Source: an uncultured Actinomycetes bacterium
Lineage (GTDB): Bacteria > Actinomycetota > Acidimicrobiia > IMCC26256 > DASPTH01
NCBI GenBank assembly: GCA_963720785.1
Contig: CAVRGQ010000003.1
Coordinates: forward strand, 188,905 to 252,904
DNA length: 64,000 bases
Reading direction: 5' to 3'
Positions 38,466 through 48,557 of this stretch are shown piece by piece; positions within the stretch are counted from its first letter, which is position 1, and each line of letters starts with the position of its first letter. Under the pieces are notes generated by a model that saw only the letters and a program-made list of their open reading frames with translations, ran no database searches and was not told the origin of the DNA. The position numbers and the translations under genes were made by a program.

Positions 38466-40520
38466 CCTTGCTCCTCTTCGAACGGGTGCAGCTCGACCGG
38501 GACACCCGACATCCAGGGCATCGTCGAGAGCGGGTCGACATCCTCGCGCGCGCCCACGAGCACGCTCGCGTTCGCGTCGGCGCGGGCGTGCGTCACCGAC
38601 ACGCAGCCGCGGCGGACAGCCGGATCCGCATGGACGGACGCCACGATCGAGCCGTGCCGGCTGACCACCCGCGCTCGGCCGCCAGCACCCACGCCGGCGG
38701 CCGCGAGGTCGTCGGGATGGGCGCGCAGCTCGGGCTCGTCGCGGCCATCGGTGCGGCGAGCGCCGTAGCGGACGGAGTTGCTCCACCCCATCTCCCGGCG
38801 TGGCGTGAGCACCAAGGGCGCCGCAGGCGGCCGGTGCGCGGCGAGTCGTTCGAACAGCACTTCGTGGGCGAGGGCGAACCGGCCCCCGGGGAGCACCTCG
38901 TCGCGGAACCACCCGACGGGATCGGCGTCGTCCACGTGGCGCGCGCCGTGCGCGAACACCGCGGCGGCATCGTGGCCGACTGCGCCGAGTGCGCCGCCGA
39001 GGAAGAGTTCGTCGGTGACGACGCCGAGCGCGTCGCCCGGGTCCAGGCCGCCGAGGAGGTCACCCCCGAGCCGGGCGGCGAGCGCGGCCACGATCCACCA
39101 CATCGGGCGGCGGTCGGCACCCGCCGCCACCACCGAGCGGGTCGCACGCGGACCGGGCCCGATCGCCAGGTGGGTGTTCATGTCGACGTCGGCCCGTTCG
39201 AGCTGCCCCGTGGCGGGGAACACGTGCGTGGCCAGGTGGACCGTGGCCGTACGGGCCACGTCGACGACTGCGAGCGCGTCGAGGCACGCGAGTTGGTCGC
39301 GTGCTCGCTCGGGATCGGGGAAGGCGGTGGCGGGATTGCCGCCGAGCACCACGAGGGCGCGCAGCTTGCCCGCCGCGATCTCGTCGGCGAGGGCGACGGC
39401 CGGGAGTTGCCCGGCGACCCGCGGCAACTCGGGGCGGCTCGACGGGCCCTCGGGCGTCGGCACCCAGGGGCGACCTGCCGCCGGGCGCCCGAAGGGCCCG
39501 GGGCGGAAGCGCATGCCGCCGTCGACATCGAGCGAGCCGCTGGCGACGAGCAGCACCCAGCGCAGCCACTCCACGAGGATCCCGTCGCGCGCCATGGTGG
39601 TGCCGGTGCCACACAACACGGCGAGGCGGCCGGACGCGGCGCGGATCTCGGCGACGAGGTCGTGCAGGAGGGCTTCGTCGACATCGGCGGCGCGGGCGGC
39701 GTCCGCGATCGTGAAGCGGGCCAGGGCGTGCCGGACCGCCGTGCCGTCGCCCGGGGTCGCGTCGTGCTCGAGGCGCGCGGCGAACTCGGGATCGGCGAGC
39801 AGTGCGTTCGCGACTGCGGCGAGCACCACGACGTCGCTGCCCGGTCGTAGCGCGACGTGATGATCGGCCTGCGCAGCGGTCTCCGTGCGCCGGGGGTCGA
39901 GCACCCAGATGCGCCCACCCGCCTCGCGGTACCCGCGGAGGTGGCGCACCGGATCGGGCAGGGTGGTGCCGTACCCGTGCGACACCACCGGGTTCGTGCC
40001 CACGAGGAGGAGCACGCCGGCTGCGCCCGGGTCCCACACCGGTGCGACGGTCGCGTTGCCGGTGACCATCGCCGCGGCGAGCAGCACCGGCGCGTTGTCG
40101 ACAGTGGCCGCCGAGTAGAAGCTGCCGGTGCGCAGGGTGCCGAGCAGGCCGCCGAGCGCGATCTGCCCGCCCGAGTCGTACGCGATGCCGGTGGCGACGT
40201 ACACGCCGATCGCGTCGCTCCCGTGGGTCTCGCGCACCTCGGTCAGGACGGCGGCGAGATCGTCGAGCAGCGTCGTCCCAGTCGGCCGCGGCGCCGCGCA
40301 CCTCGGGCCGGTCGAGGCGCGTGGGCGAGTGGTGCCACGCGGCGAGGCCCCGTCCCTTGCTGCACGTGTAGCCGTTGGACAACGGATGGGCGTCGTCGCC
40401 CCGGACGGCCACGACCCGTTCGGGTCCGCCGGCCGGCCCTGCCTCGACGGTGACGACGATCCCACACGCCGCGGCACAGATGCGGCAGTACGACAGCACC
40501 TCTCGCCGGTCCCCCTCCAT
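38462..40520 (-). pseudogene. molybdopterin (MopB superfamily) oxidoreductase with N-terminal 4Fe-4S motif, frameshifted
   Basis: ATG 40520. MEGDRREVLSYCRICAAACGIVV..GYTCSKG (C-x2-C-x3-C..C), then ..LLDDLAAVLTEVRETHGSDAIGVY.. in ORF 38462..40543. Junction at 40266-40300. Confidence 0.8.
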
Positions 40521-40584
40521 GGCGGCACGGTAACCGCCGGCACGGTTCGGCGCAGGCGGCCAGTACCGGGTTACCGTCCGTCGC

Positions 40585-41778
40585 ATGAGTGCACACCCCA
40601 CCACCGGACGACAAGTCTTCGCGCCCGCCGCGCTCGGCCCGGTCGAGCTGCGCAACCGCATCGTGAAGGCGGCCACCTTCGAGGGCATGAGCCCCCGCAA
40701 CGTGGTGTCGCCCGAGCTGATCGAGTTCCACCGGCGCATGGCGGCCGGCGGCGTCGGCATGACCACCGTGGCGTACGTCGCGGTGTCGGAGCACGGTCGG
40801 GGTGCGCCCAACGAGATCTACGTGCACGACGGCGCCGCCGACGGGCTGGCCGAGATCGCCGGGGTGGTGCACGGCGAGGGCGCGAGGATCAGCGCGCAGC
40901 TCGGCCACGCGGGGGCCGTCGGCCTCATGCCCGGCAAGCGGGTGCTCGGTCCCTCCTCCGCGATCACGATGATGGGCTCGAAGGTCGAGCCGATCTCCAC
41001 CGGCGAGATCGACGAGGTCGTCGGGCAGTTCGGTGCCGGGGCCCGGATGCTGGCGGAGGCGGGCTTCGACTGCGTGGAGATCCACCTCGGGCACCACTAC
41101 CTGCCCTCGTCGTTCATGAGTCCGAAGTGGAACAAGCGCAAGGACGACTACGGCGGTTCGGTGGCGAACCGCGCGCGCTTCCCGCTCGCGATCATCCGGG
41201 CGGTGCACGAGGCCGTCGGCGGCCGTATGGCGATCACCGCGAAGATGAACATGGACGACGGCATCAAGAAGGGCCTGCACCCGGAGGAGAGCATCCAGTT
41301 CGCCAAGCTGTTCGAGGCCGAGGGAAAGCTCGACGCGCTCGAGCTCAGCGGCGGCGGCTCCCAGGTGAACCAGATGTACATGTTCCGGGGCGACGCGCCC
41401 CGCAAGGAGTTCGCCGAGGTGCTCCCGGCGAAGCTCAAGCTGGGCTTCAAGGTCGTCGGCCCGCTCGTGTTCAGGAACTACCCGTTCGAGGAGGCCTACT
41501 TCCTCCCGATGGCGCGGCGGTTCCGCAAGGAGCTCTCGATGCCGTTGATTCTCCTGGGAGGCATCAACCGCCTCGAGACGGTCGAGTCGGCCCTCGCCGA
41601 GGGCTTCGACTTCGTGGCGCTCGGGCGCGCGCTGGTGCGCGACCCCGACCTGGTGAACAAGTGGCGCGACGGCACGGCCCGCGAGGGCGACTGCATCCAC
41701 TGCAACAAGTGCATGGTGGCCATCTACTCGGGAACGCGCTGCGTCATCGACCACCCCGAACCGCTGCAGTTCACCTGA
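40585..41778 (+). CDS. NADH:flavin oxidoreductase (Old Yellow Enzyme family)
   Basis: 397-aa intact ORF. ..LRNRIVKAATFEGM.., ..GFDCVEIHLGHHYLPSSFMSP.. Confidence 0.88.
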   Translation: MSAHPTTGRQVFAPAALGPVELRNRIVKAATFEGMSPRNVVSPELIEFHRRMAAGGVGMTTVAYVAVSEHGRGAPNEIYVHDGAADGLAEIAGVVHGEGARISAQLGHAGAVGLMPGKRVLGPSSAITMMGSKVEPISTGEIDEVVGQFGAGARMLAEAGFDCVEIHLGHHYLPSSFMSPKWNKRKDDYGGSVANRARFPLAIIRAVHEAVGGRMAITAKMNMDDGIKKGLHPEESIQFAKLFEAEGKLDALELSGGGSQVNQMYMFRGDAPRKEFAEVLPAKLKLGFKVVGPLVFRNYPFEEAYFLPMARRFRKELSMPLILLGGINRLETVESALAEGFDFVALGRALVRDPDLVNKWRDGTAREGDCIHCNKCMVAIYSGTRCVIDHPEPLQFT

Positions 41779-41839
41779 TCGTCGCCTGCCCGTCGGCGAA
41801 CCGACCGGCCCTCGGCGGCGGACGCGTCATACTGCTCCC

Positions 41840-43150
41840 GTGGACCGATTGCCGGACTGGAGTGCCAACCCGCACCGAGCGGTGCAACCGGCCGACGGGC
41901 CCGAGGCGATCCTGGAGCACCTGCCGCCGCACACGCACGTCATCGTGCCCCTCGCGGCGGGCGAGCCGTTGCTCACGATGGACGCGATCCAGGCCCACGC
42001 CGAAGAGCTCACCGGGGTCATCGTGCACCAGATGCACGGGCTCCACGACCGCCCCTTCCTGCACGGCCTCAACCGGGGGCACCTCGACTACCAGAGCTAC
42101 TTCCTCTCCCCCGTCACCCGGAAGGCGTTCCTCGGGGGCGGCTGCGACCTCGTGCCCTGCCACTTCAGCGAGGTGCCGATGCTGCTGCGCCGGCTCACCG
42201 GGCCGAAGATCGTTGCCGCCGCGTGCTCGCCGATGGACCGCCACGGGTACTTCTCGCTCGGCACCAACGCCGACTACGTCGCGCCGTTCATCGGGCACGT
42301 GCCCTTCTTCCTCGAGGCGAACGCGCAGATGCCCCGCACGTTCGGGCGCAACCAGATCCACGTGAGCCAGACGATCGGTTGGATCGAGGCCGACTACCCG
42401 CTCGTGGAGGTGACACCCGCCGCGCCGAGCGACCTCGACCGGCGCATCGCCGACTTCGTGGCCGAGCGCGTGCCCAACGGCGCCACCATCCAGGCCGGGA
42501 TCGGATCGATCCCCAACGCGGTGTTCGAGCGTCTCCGCGGGCACCAGCACCTGGGCATCACCACCGAGCTCCTGTCCGACGGCGTGATCGACCTCGTGGA
42601 GCGCGGGGTCGTCACCGGTACCCGCAAGGTGCGGCGCCCCACCAAGGTGGTGGCCACGTTCGCGCTCGGCACCCGTGCGCTCTACGACTTCATCCACGAG
42701 AACGCGTCGGTCGAGCTGCTCCCGGTCGACTGGGTCAACGACCCGCGCAACATCGGCCGCGAAGACCACTTCGTGTCGGTGAACGCCACGCTCGAGGTCG
42801 ACCTGCTCGGCCAGGCCGCCTCGGAGACGTTGAACGGCCGCTACTACAGCGGCTCCGGCGGTCAGGCCGACTTCGCCCGCGGTGCGATGTACGCCGAGCA
42901 CGGCCAGGGCTTCCTCGTGCTGCACTCCACCACCAAGGACGGCACGCACTCGCGCATCTGCTCGCAGCTGCCGGCGGGCTCCGTCGTCACCACGCTGAAG
43001 AACACGGTCGACAACGTGGTCACCGAGTACGGCGTCGCCGAGCTGCGGGGCCGCTCACTGCGCCAGCGCGCCCACGCCCTCATCCAGGTGTCGCACCCCG
43101 ACCACCGCGACGACCTCACCGCCGCGGCGCGCCGCCTCGGCTACCTCTAG
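41840..43150 (+). CDS. acetyl-CoA hydrolase/transferase family protein (4-hydroxybutyrate CoA-transferase-like)
   Basis: 436-aa intact ORF. ..GATIQAGIGSIPNAV.., ..SGSGGQADFARGA.. Confidence 0.88.
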   Translation: MDRLPDWSANPHRAVQPADGPEAILEHLPPHTHVIVPLAAGEPLLTMDAIQAHAEELTGVIVHQMHGLHDRPFLHGLNRGHLDYQSYFLSPVTRKAFLGGGCDLVPCHFSEVPMLLRRLTGPKIVAAACSPMDRHGYFSLGTNADYVAPFIGHVPFFLEANAQMPRTFGRNQIHVSQTIGWIEADYPLVEVTPAAPSDLDRRIADFVAERVPNGATIQAGIGSIPNAVFERLRGHQHLGITTELLSDGVIDLVERGVVTGTRKVRRPTKVVATFALGTRALYDFIHENASVELLPVDWVNDPRNIGREDHFVSVNATLEVDLLGQAASETLNGRYYSGSGGQADFARGAMYAEHGQGFLVLHSTTKDGTHSRICSQLPAGSVVTTLKNTVDNVVTEYGVAELRGRSLRQRAHALIQVSHPDHRDDLTAAARRLGYL

Positions 43151-43785
43151 GCCGGGAACCCTTCCGGCGCCTGCACCATCTCGACCGGCTCGCCCCGTTC
43201 CGTGGTGAGCGGGATGATCCCCGCCCACACCGGGAGCGCGAGGTCGGCCTCGTCGTCGACCGGTCCGCCCGTGCGGACCTTCACCGACGCCTCGTCGATC
43301 GGGAGCGCGAGCACCGCGGTGCGGCGCAGTTCACCGGCATCGGGTGGCCGCGCTTTCGCGCTGCGCCCCGGGAGCGAGTGGTCGACGATCGCGGTGAGGG
43401 CCCGCTCCGCCTCCTCGCCGCGCACGCGCCGCATGGCACCGAGGACCACCACCGAGCGGTAGTTGGCCGAGTGGTGCATCTGCGACTTCGCGAGCACGAA
43501 CGCGTCGAGCAGCGTGACGGTGACGCACACCGGCGCGGCCCCACGGTCGTCGTCGCCGGTGAGCGTGCGGAGGATGCGGGTGCCCGGTGCGCCGTGGAGG
43601 TACAGCGTGTCGTCGATGCGCCCGTAGACCATCGGGATCACGAACGGTCGCTCGTCGACGACGAATCCGACGTGCGCGACCAGGCCTTCGTCGAGGATGG
43701 CGTGCGCGAGTTCCCGGTCATACGACGCGCGTTCGGCGCGCCGCACCGTGGTCCGCGGTGTCTGCGTCAACTCCCCGGGGGTCAT
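43147..43785 (-). CDS. pyridoxamine 5'-phosphate oxidase family (flavin-binding) protein
   Basis: 212-aa intact ORF. ..LVAHVGFVVDERPFVIPMVYGRIDDTLYLHG.. is a typical PNPOx-like split barrel. Confidence 0.82.
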   Translation of the reverse strand: MTPGELTQTPRTTVRRAERASYDRELAHAILDEGLVAHVGFVVDERPFVIPMVYGRIDDTLYLHGAPGTRILRTLTGDDDRGAAPVCVTVTLLDAFVLAKSQMHHSANYRSVVVLGAMRRVRGEEAERALTAIVDHSLPGRSAKARPPDAGELRRTAVLALPIDEASVKVRTGGPVDDEADLALPVWAGIIPLTTERGEPVEMVQAPEGFPA

Positions 43786-43828
43786 GCTCCCAAGTGTGGC
43801 GGAACGGGACCGGTCGGCACGGCGGATT

Positions 43829-44893
43829 TCAGTCGCGGACGAGCCCCGGCGGCTGCCCGAGCGGGAGGTCGAGGTGCGTGCGGATCCCGGGGGGTGCGGC
43901 CACCACCTGCGGGATCAGGTTGACGGCGCTCATGGCCGTCCACACCCGCCCGGTGAAGCCGACGTCGCCGGTGATGTCGGGGTTGGTCGGTTCCAGGGTG
44001 AGCTTCGTGGCCTCGTCGCCCTCGAACTCCACGATGTACTTGTTGGCGCCGTGGTCGTAGCTCGGCGTGGTGTGGTCACCCATGCGCCAGAACGACTGGA
44101 ACACGATGCGCGGCACGCCCTCGGCGATGGCCTGCCACTGGTGGTGCATGCCGGCGACCGTGCCCTTCGGGATGAAGCCCGACTTCACCGTGAGGTCCTC
44201 GTCGGCGACCGCGACCTCGAGCGAGGTCGTGTACTCGTCGACCTCGATGCCGAGCGCCGCCGCGAGCATCGCCATCGACTCCTTGAAGATGTGCTCCATG
44301 GTGTGGATGAGGGGGCTCGGGTCCGCGACCGCCTCCACCGGGTCCCGGCCGAAGCCGAGGCCCGGGAAGTTCATCTCGTACGAGGGGTGCTGGGTGAGGA
44401 CGGCGATCTCGGTGACGGTGACCCGTTCGATGCGCGTCATCAGGCGGGCCGCGGTGATGGTGAACACGTCACCCACGAAGCCGGGATGGATCCCCGCGCC
44501 GTGCAGCGAGGTGCCGCCTTCCTGGCATGCGGCTTCGAGGCGGGCGGTCTCCTCGGGGTCGCGCACGGGCGGGTACGCGAAGCCGATCGGCGTCACGATG
44601 TTCTTGCCCGACCGCAGGATGGCGCACATGTCGTCGATGTCGCGGTACAGCGGTGCGTAGTTCACGCAGTCGGCGTCGAGGGCGAGGATCTCGTCCTTGT
44701 CGGTGGTGCAGGCCACGCCGAGCGGCGCGATCCCCGCGATCTCGCCGGCGTCGCGCCCGTGCTTCGCGTCAGACGTGACGTAGGCGCCCACCAACTCGTA
44801 CGCGGGGTTGCCCGCGAAGTGGCGGATGGAGATCTGCCCGATGGAACCCGTGGCCCACTGGATCACGCGGGAGGGCGGCGTGCTGTCAACCAT
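43829..44893 (-). CDS. DapB-like NAD(P)-binding oxidoreductase (amine-dehydrogenase-type family)
   Basis: 354-aa intact ORF. N-terminus ..RVIQWATGSIGQISIRHF.. is Rossmann-like. Confidence 0.72.
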   Translation of the reverse strand: MVDSTPPSRVIQWATGSIGQISIRHFAGNPAYELVGAYVTSDAKHGRDAGEIAGIAPLGVACTTDKDEILALDADCVNYAPLYRDIDDMCAILRSGKNIVTPIGFAYPPVRDPEETARLEAACQEGGTSLHGAGIHPGFVGDVFTITAARLMTRIERVTVTEIAVLTQHPSYEMNFPGLGFGRDPVEAVADPSPLIHTMEHIFKESMAMLAAALGIEVDEYTTSLEVAVADEDLTVKSGFIPKGTVAGMHHQWQAIAEGVPRIVFQSFWRMGDHTTPSYDHGANKYIVEFEGDEATKLTLEPTNPDITGDVGFTGRVWTAMSAVNLIPQVVAAPPGIRTHLDLPLGQPPGLVRD

Positions 44894-44926
44894 GTCGTCC
44901 TGCTCTCATGTCGTCCTGCTCTCTGG

Positions 44927-45781
44927 TCATGCGCGATCGAGGCCGGAGGCCGCGGCCGACGTACGTGCCGGCTGGTAGGGCTCCCAGCGCGGTGCGCCGA
45001 ACGCGGGCTCCGGGTGGTCGCCGAGGATCGTCACCCGACTGATGGTGCGCGGGCCGTCGTAGTCGTTCACTGCGAGGTGCTGGGTGCAGCGGTTGTCCCA
45101 GATGCCGACGGTACCGGGCGCCCACGAGTACCGACACGTGAAGTGCGGCTGCTCGCTCCACTCGAAGAGGAAGGCGAGCAACGCCTCGCTCTCGTCGCGA
45201 CCGAGCTGCGGGATGCGCCGGGTGAACTGACGGTTCACGAACAGGCACGGCCGGCCGGTGTCGGGGTGCACGCGCACCACCGGGTGCTCGGCCTGGCGTT
45301 CGGGGTGCCCGTAGTTGGCGGCCGAGTGGATCGCGGTGAGGCCGCCGAGCATCTCGCGCATCGGTGCGGCGAGACGTTCGTAGGCGAGGTACTGGTTCGA
45401 CCACATCGTGTCGCCACCCGACTCGGGGATCGTGTGCGCCTGGAGCACCGAGCACACCGGCGGGGAGGCGTCGAAGGTGACGTCGGTGTGCCACACGTCG
45501 GCGACGAAGCCCTGGTCGGCGTGGAGCACCACGATCTCCGGGTGCTCCTCCGTGAGCTTGGGGATGAAGGGGTGGATCTCCGCCTCACCGAAGCGCGTGG
45601 CGAACGCGACGTGCTCGTCGGGCTCCAGGTGCTGGTCGGGGAGGAACAGCACGAGGTGCTCGAGCAGCAGCGCCTGGAGCGCGGCGAAGCCGTCGTCGTC
45701 GAGGGCGCGCACGTCGAGGCCGTGCACCTCGGCGCCGAGCGCGCCGCCGATCGTGCGCACGTCAACTGTGGTCACCGTCAT
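44927..45781 (-). CDS. TauD/TfdA family 2OG-dependent dioxygenase
   Basis: ATG 45781 (MTVTTVDVRTIGGALGAEV..). ..WHTDVTF.. (H-x-D) and ..WDNRCTQHLAVNDY.. Confidence 0.85.
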   Translation of the reverse strand: MTVTTVDVRTIGGALGAEVHGLDVRALDDDGFAALQALLLEHLVLFLPDQHLEPDEHVAFATRFGEAEIHPFIPKLTEEHPEIVVLHADQGFVADVWHTDVTFDASPPVCSVLQAHTIPESGGDTMWSNQYLAYERLAAPMREMLGGLTAIHSAANYGHPERQAEHPVVRVHPDTGRPCLFVNRQFTRRIPQLGRDESEALLAFLFEWSEQPHFTCRYSWAPGTVGIWDNRCTQHLAVNDYDGPRTISRVTILGDHPEPAFGAPRWEPYQPARTSAAASGLDRA

Positions 45782-45844
45782 CGCGCATGCTCCTCGCTGC
45801 GTTGCTAGGTTCCCCACCATTCCACATCCAGGGGGGACGGGAAA

Positions 45845-46639
45845 ATGGGTCGATTCGACGGGCGAGTGGTCATCGTCACCGGCGCCGCACGCGGGCAGGG
45901 TGAGGCCGAGGCACGGCTCTTCGCCGAGGAGGGCGCCACGGTGGTGCTCGCCGACGTGCTCGACGACGAGGGCGCGGCGGTTGCGGCCGACATCGGGGGG
46001 AATGCCACCTACGCCCACCTCGACGTGTCGAGTGAGGCGAGCTGGGCCGACGTGGTCGCGACGGCATCCTCACTCGGGCCGCTGCGAGTGCTGGTGAACA
46101 ACGCCGGCATCCTGCGCGCGGCCGCGCTCGAGGACACGACCCTCGACGACTATCTCGCGGTGGTGCAGGTCAACCAGGTGGGGTGCTTCCTCGGGATGCG
46201 CACCGTGATCGCGCCGCTGCGCGACAACGGGGGTGGCGCGATCGTGAACATCTCGTCGATCGACGGCATGCGCGGCAGCAACGGCATGATCGGGTACACG
46301 GCCTCGAAATGGGCCATCCGCGGCATGAGCAAGGCGGCCGCCACCGAACTCGGTCACCACGGCATCCGCGTGAACTCGGTGCACCCCGGCGGCGTGAACA
46401 CCCTCATGGGCAACCCGATGCAGGACGACGCCGCCACGAGGGCGCCGTACGCGTACCAGGGCATCCCGCGGATCGGCGAGAGCGACGAGATCGCGCGCGC
46501 GGTCGTGTTCCTCGCCAGCGACGACGCGTCCTACATCACCGGCGCGGAGCTCGCGGTCGACGGTGGGACCACCGCAGGACGGCTCGAACCCGGTCTCCCC
46601 GGTTCGGGCTTCGAGGCCACCGGCTACGGCTACTCCTGA
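45845..46639 (+). CDS. SDR family oxidoreductase (hydroxysteroid-dehydrogenase-like)
   Basis: 264-aa intact ORF. VVIVTGAARGQGEA, NNAG, YTASKWAIRG. Confidence 0.88.
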   Translation: MGRFDGRVVIVTGAARGQGEAEARLFAEEGATVVLADVLDDEGAAVAADIGGNATYAHLDVSSEASWADVVATASSLGPLRVLVNNAGILRAAALEDTTLDDYLAVVQVNQVGCFLGMRTVIAPLRDNGGGAIVNISSIDGMRGSNGMIGYTASKWAIRGMSKAAATELGHHGIRVNSVHPGGVNTLMGNPMQDDAATRAPYAYQGIPRIGESDEIARAVVFLASDDASYITGAELAVDGGTTAGRLEPGLPGSGFEATGYGYS

Positions 46640-46674
46640 ACACGCACTCCCCGACCGAATCCTCCGGAGACGAC

Positions 46675-47544
46675 ATGAGCAACTGGAAGCTGCCCGCGGA
46701 GCGCCCCTCCACCTACCCCACCCCCGACGACCTCGTCGCGCGTCGTGAAGGCGCGGCGGCCATGCTCGGCGGGGCGCTCACGGAGGGTGTGCGCGTCGTC
46801 GCGGCCGATCTGGGCGGCGTGGGTTGTGTGGCCTGCGAACCGGCCGCACCGCACGCCAACATCCTGTGGTTCCACGGTGGCGGGTACCGCCTGGGATCGG
46901 CCGACGGGTCGAAGGTGTTCGCCTCCCGGCTCGCGGCGATCACCTCGGCCCGCGTCGTGATGGTCGACTACCGCCTGGCTCCCGAACACCCCTACCCGGC
47001 CGCCGTGGTCGACGCGGCGCGCGTGTACGACGCGGTGCTGGGCGACATGGTGTGGAACACCGTACCGACGTTCGCCGCCGGTGACTCCGCAGGCGGCGGT
47101 CTCGCGCTCGCCCTCGCGGTCGCAGCACGGGATGCGGGCGCGTCGGTACCCGCCGGACTCGTGCTGCTGTCGCCGTGGGCCGACCTGCGCAACACGGCCG
47201 AGAGCTACACGGCGAATGCGGCGACCGACCCGCTCTTCTCACTCGACTCGGCCACCGGCGCGGCGGAGATGTACCTCCAGGGCCACGATGCGTCCGACCC
47301 GTACGCGTCGCCGGTGCTCGCCGACCCGGCCGGACTCCCGCCCGTTCTAGTCATCGCCTCGACCGACGAGTCGCTGCGCGACGACTCGCTCGTGGTGGCG
47401 GCACTGCTCGGCCGCGCGCGCATCGCCGTGCAGTTGCAGCTCGTCCCCGACACCCAGCACGTGTGGCCGACGCTGTTCCCCGACCACCCGGCCACGCTGC
47501 CCGCGCTCGAGGACATCGCGACGTTCGTCAGGCGTCTCGTCTGA
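46675..47544 (+). CDS. alpha/beta hydrolase, hormone-sensitive-lipase-type esterase
   Basis: ATG 46675 after ggaga. HGGG oxyanion motif (WFHGGGYRLG) and GDSAGG nucleophile elbow. Confidence 0.85.
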   Translation: MSNWKLPAERPSTYPTPDDLVARREGAAAMLGGALTEGVRVVAADLGGVGCVACEPAAPHANILWFHGGGYRLGSADGSKVFASRLAAITSARVVMVDYRLAPEHPYPAAVVDAARVYDAVLGDMVWNTVPTFAAGDSAGGGLALALAVAARDAGASVPAGLVLLSPWADLRNTAESYTANAATDPLFSLDSATGAAEMYLQGHDASDPYASPVLADPAGLPPVLVIASTDESLRDDSLVVAALLGRARIAVQLQLVPDTQHVWPTLFPDHPATLPALEDIATFVRRLV

Positions 47545-47547
47545 CGC

Positions 47548-48459
47548 TCAGCCCATGAAGGGCTTGCCGGTGGCGCGCTCGATCGTCTCGGGGATCTTGA
47601 ACACGCGCAGCGCGTTCTCGCGCAGGAATTTCGGCCACACCTCGTCGCGGAACGGCACGTTCGGCATGTCGCGGAACTGGCGCTCCAGCGTGAGGCCCGC
47701 CGGGAAGTAGCCGCAGTACATGATCTTGTCGGCGCCGCGCGAGTTCGCGAACTTGATGATGTCCTCGGGGTAGTGCTTCGGTGCGAACGCACTCGTCATG
47801 TAGTGCAGGCCCGGCCACTTGAGCATGAGCTTCACCGCGAGCGCGGTCCACGGCTCGCCCCCGTGCATCATCACGATCTTGAGCTCGGGGAAGTCGTAAC
47901 AGACCTCGTCGAAGTGCTCCACGAGCTGCGGCCAGCTCGGCATGCGCGGGCCGACGATGCCGCCGTTGATCGTCATCGGGATGTCGAGCTCGATGCACTT
48001 CATGTACACCGGGTAGAGCTTCTTGTCGTTCACCGCGGCCTGGGGCACGAGGCCGGACGGGAAGATCATCGCGGACACGATGTCGTACTCGGCCTTCTGC
48101 TGCTCGAGTTTGCGCAGCGCGTCGACACCCTCGTGCGGGTTCACGTTCGCGCCGAGCACGAAGCGGTCGGGGTACTCGCGCTGCGCGCGTATGCCGTGCT
48201 CGCTGAGGCCGACCTTCGCGACGGAGATGCCGAACTCGTCCATCTTCTGGAGGACCCATTCGACCCGGTCGACCGAGGGGTCGACGATGTCGGGCACCTG
48301 CTTGAACATGTACTGCGCGGGGAACTCCATCTCGCGCAGGCTCTCGGCGTCCTTGAGGTTGGCGCGGAAGAAGTCGTAGGTGTGGACCTTCTCCTCGACC
48401 GATCCGTACGGGAACCCGATCCCGAGGTCGACGATGCCGAGGTCGGTGGGCATGCCCAT
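47548..48459 (-). CDS. amidohydrolase family protein (amidohydrolase_2 / ACMSD-like)
   Basis: 303-aa intact ORF. Codon use is visibly less GC-biased than in the neighbours. Confidence 0.82.
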   Translation of the reverse strand: MGMPTDLGIVDLGIGFPYGSVEEKVHTYDFFRANLKDAESLREMEFPAQYMFKQVPDIVDPSVDRVEWVLQKMDEFGISVAKVGLSEHGIRAQREYPDRFVLGANVNPHEGVDALRKLEQQKAEYDIVSAMIFPSGLVPQAAVNDKKLYPVYMKCIELDIPMTINGGIVGPRMPSWPQLVEHFDEVCYDFPELKIVMMHGGEPWTALAVKLMLKWPGLHYMTSAFAPKHYPEDIIKFANSRGADKIMYCGYFPAGLTLERQFRDMPNVPFRDEVWPKFLRENALRVFKIPETIERATGKPFMG

Positions 48460-48557
48460 GTGGTGTTCCCCCTGGTGCCGTGGCGAGCGATGAGCCCGGA
48501 TTCTCGCCCCGTGTCGAGCGGCGCGCCACTCGAGGAGCCCACTACTAAGTTGCCGCC

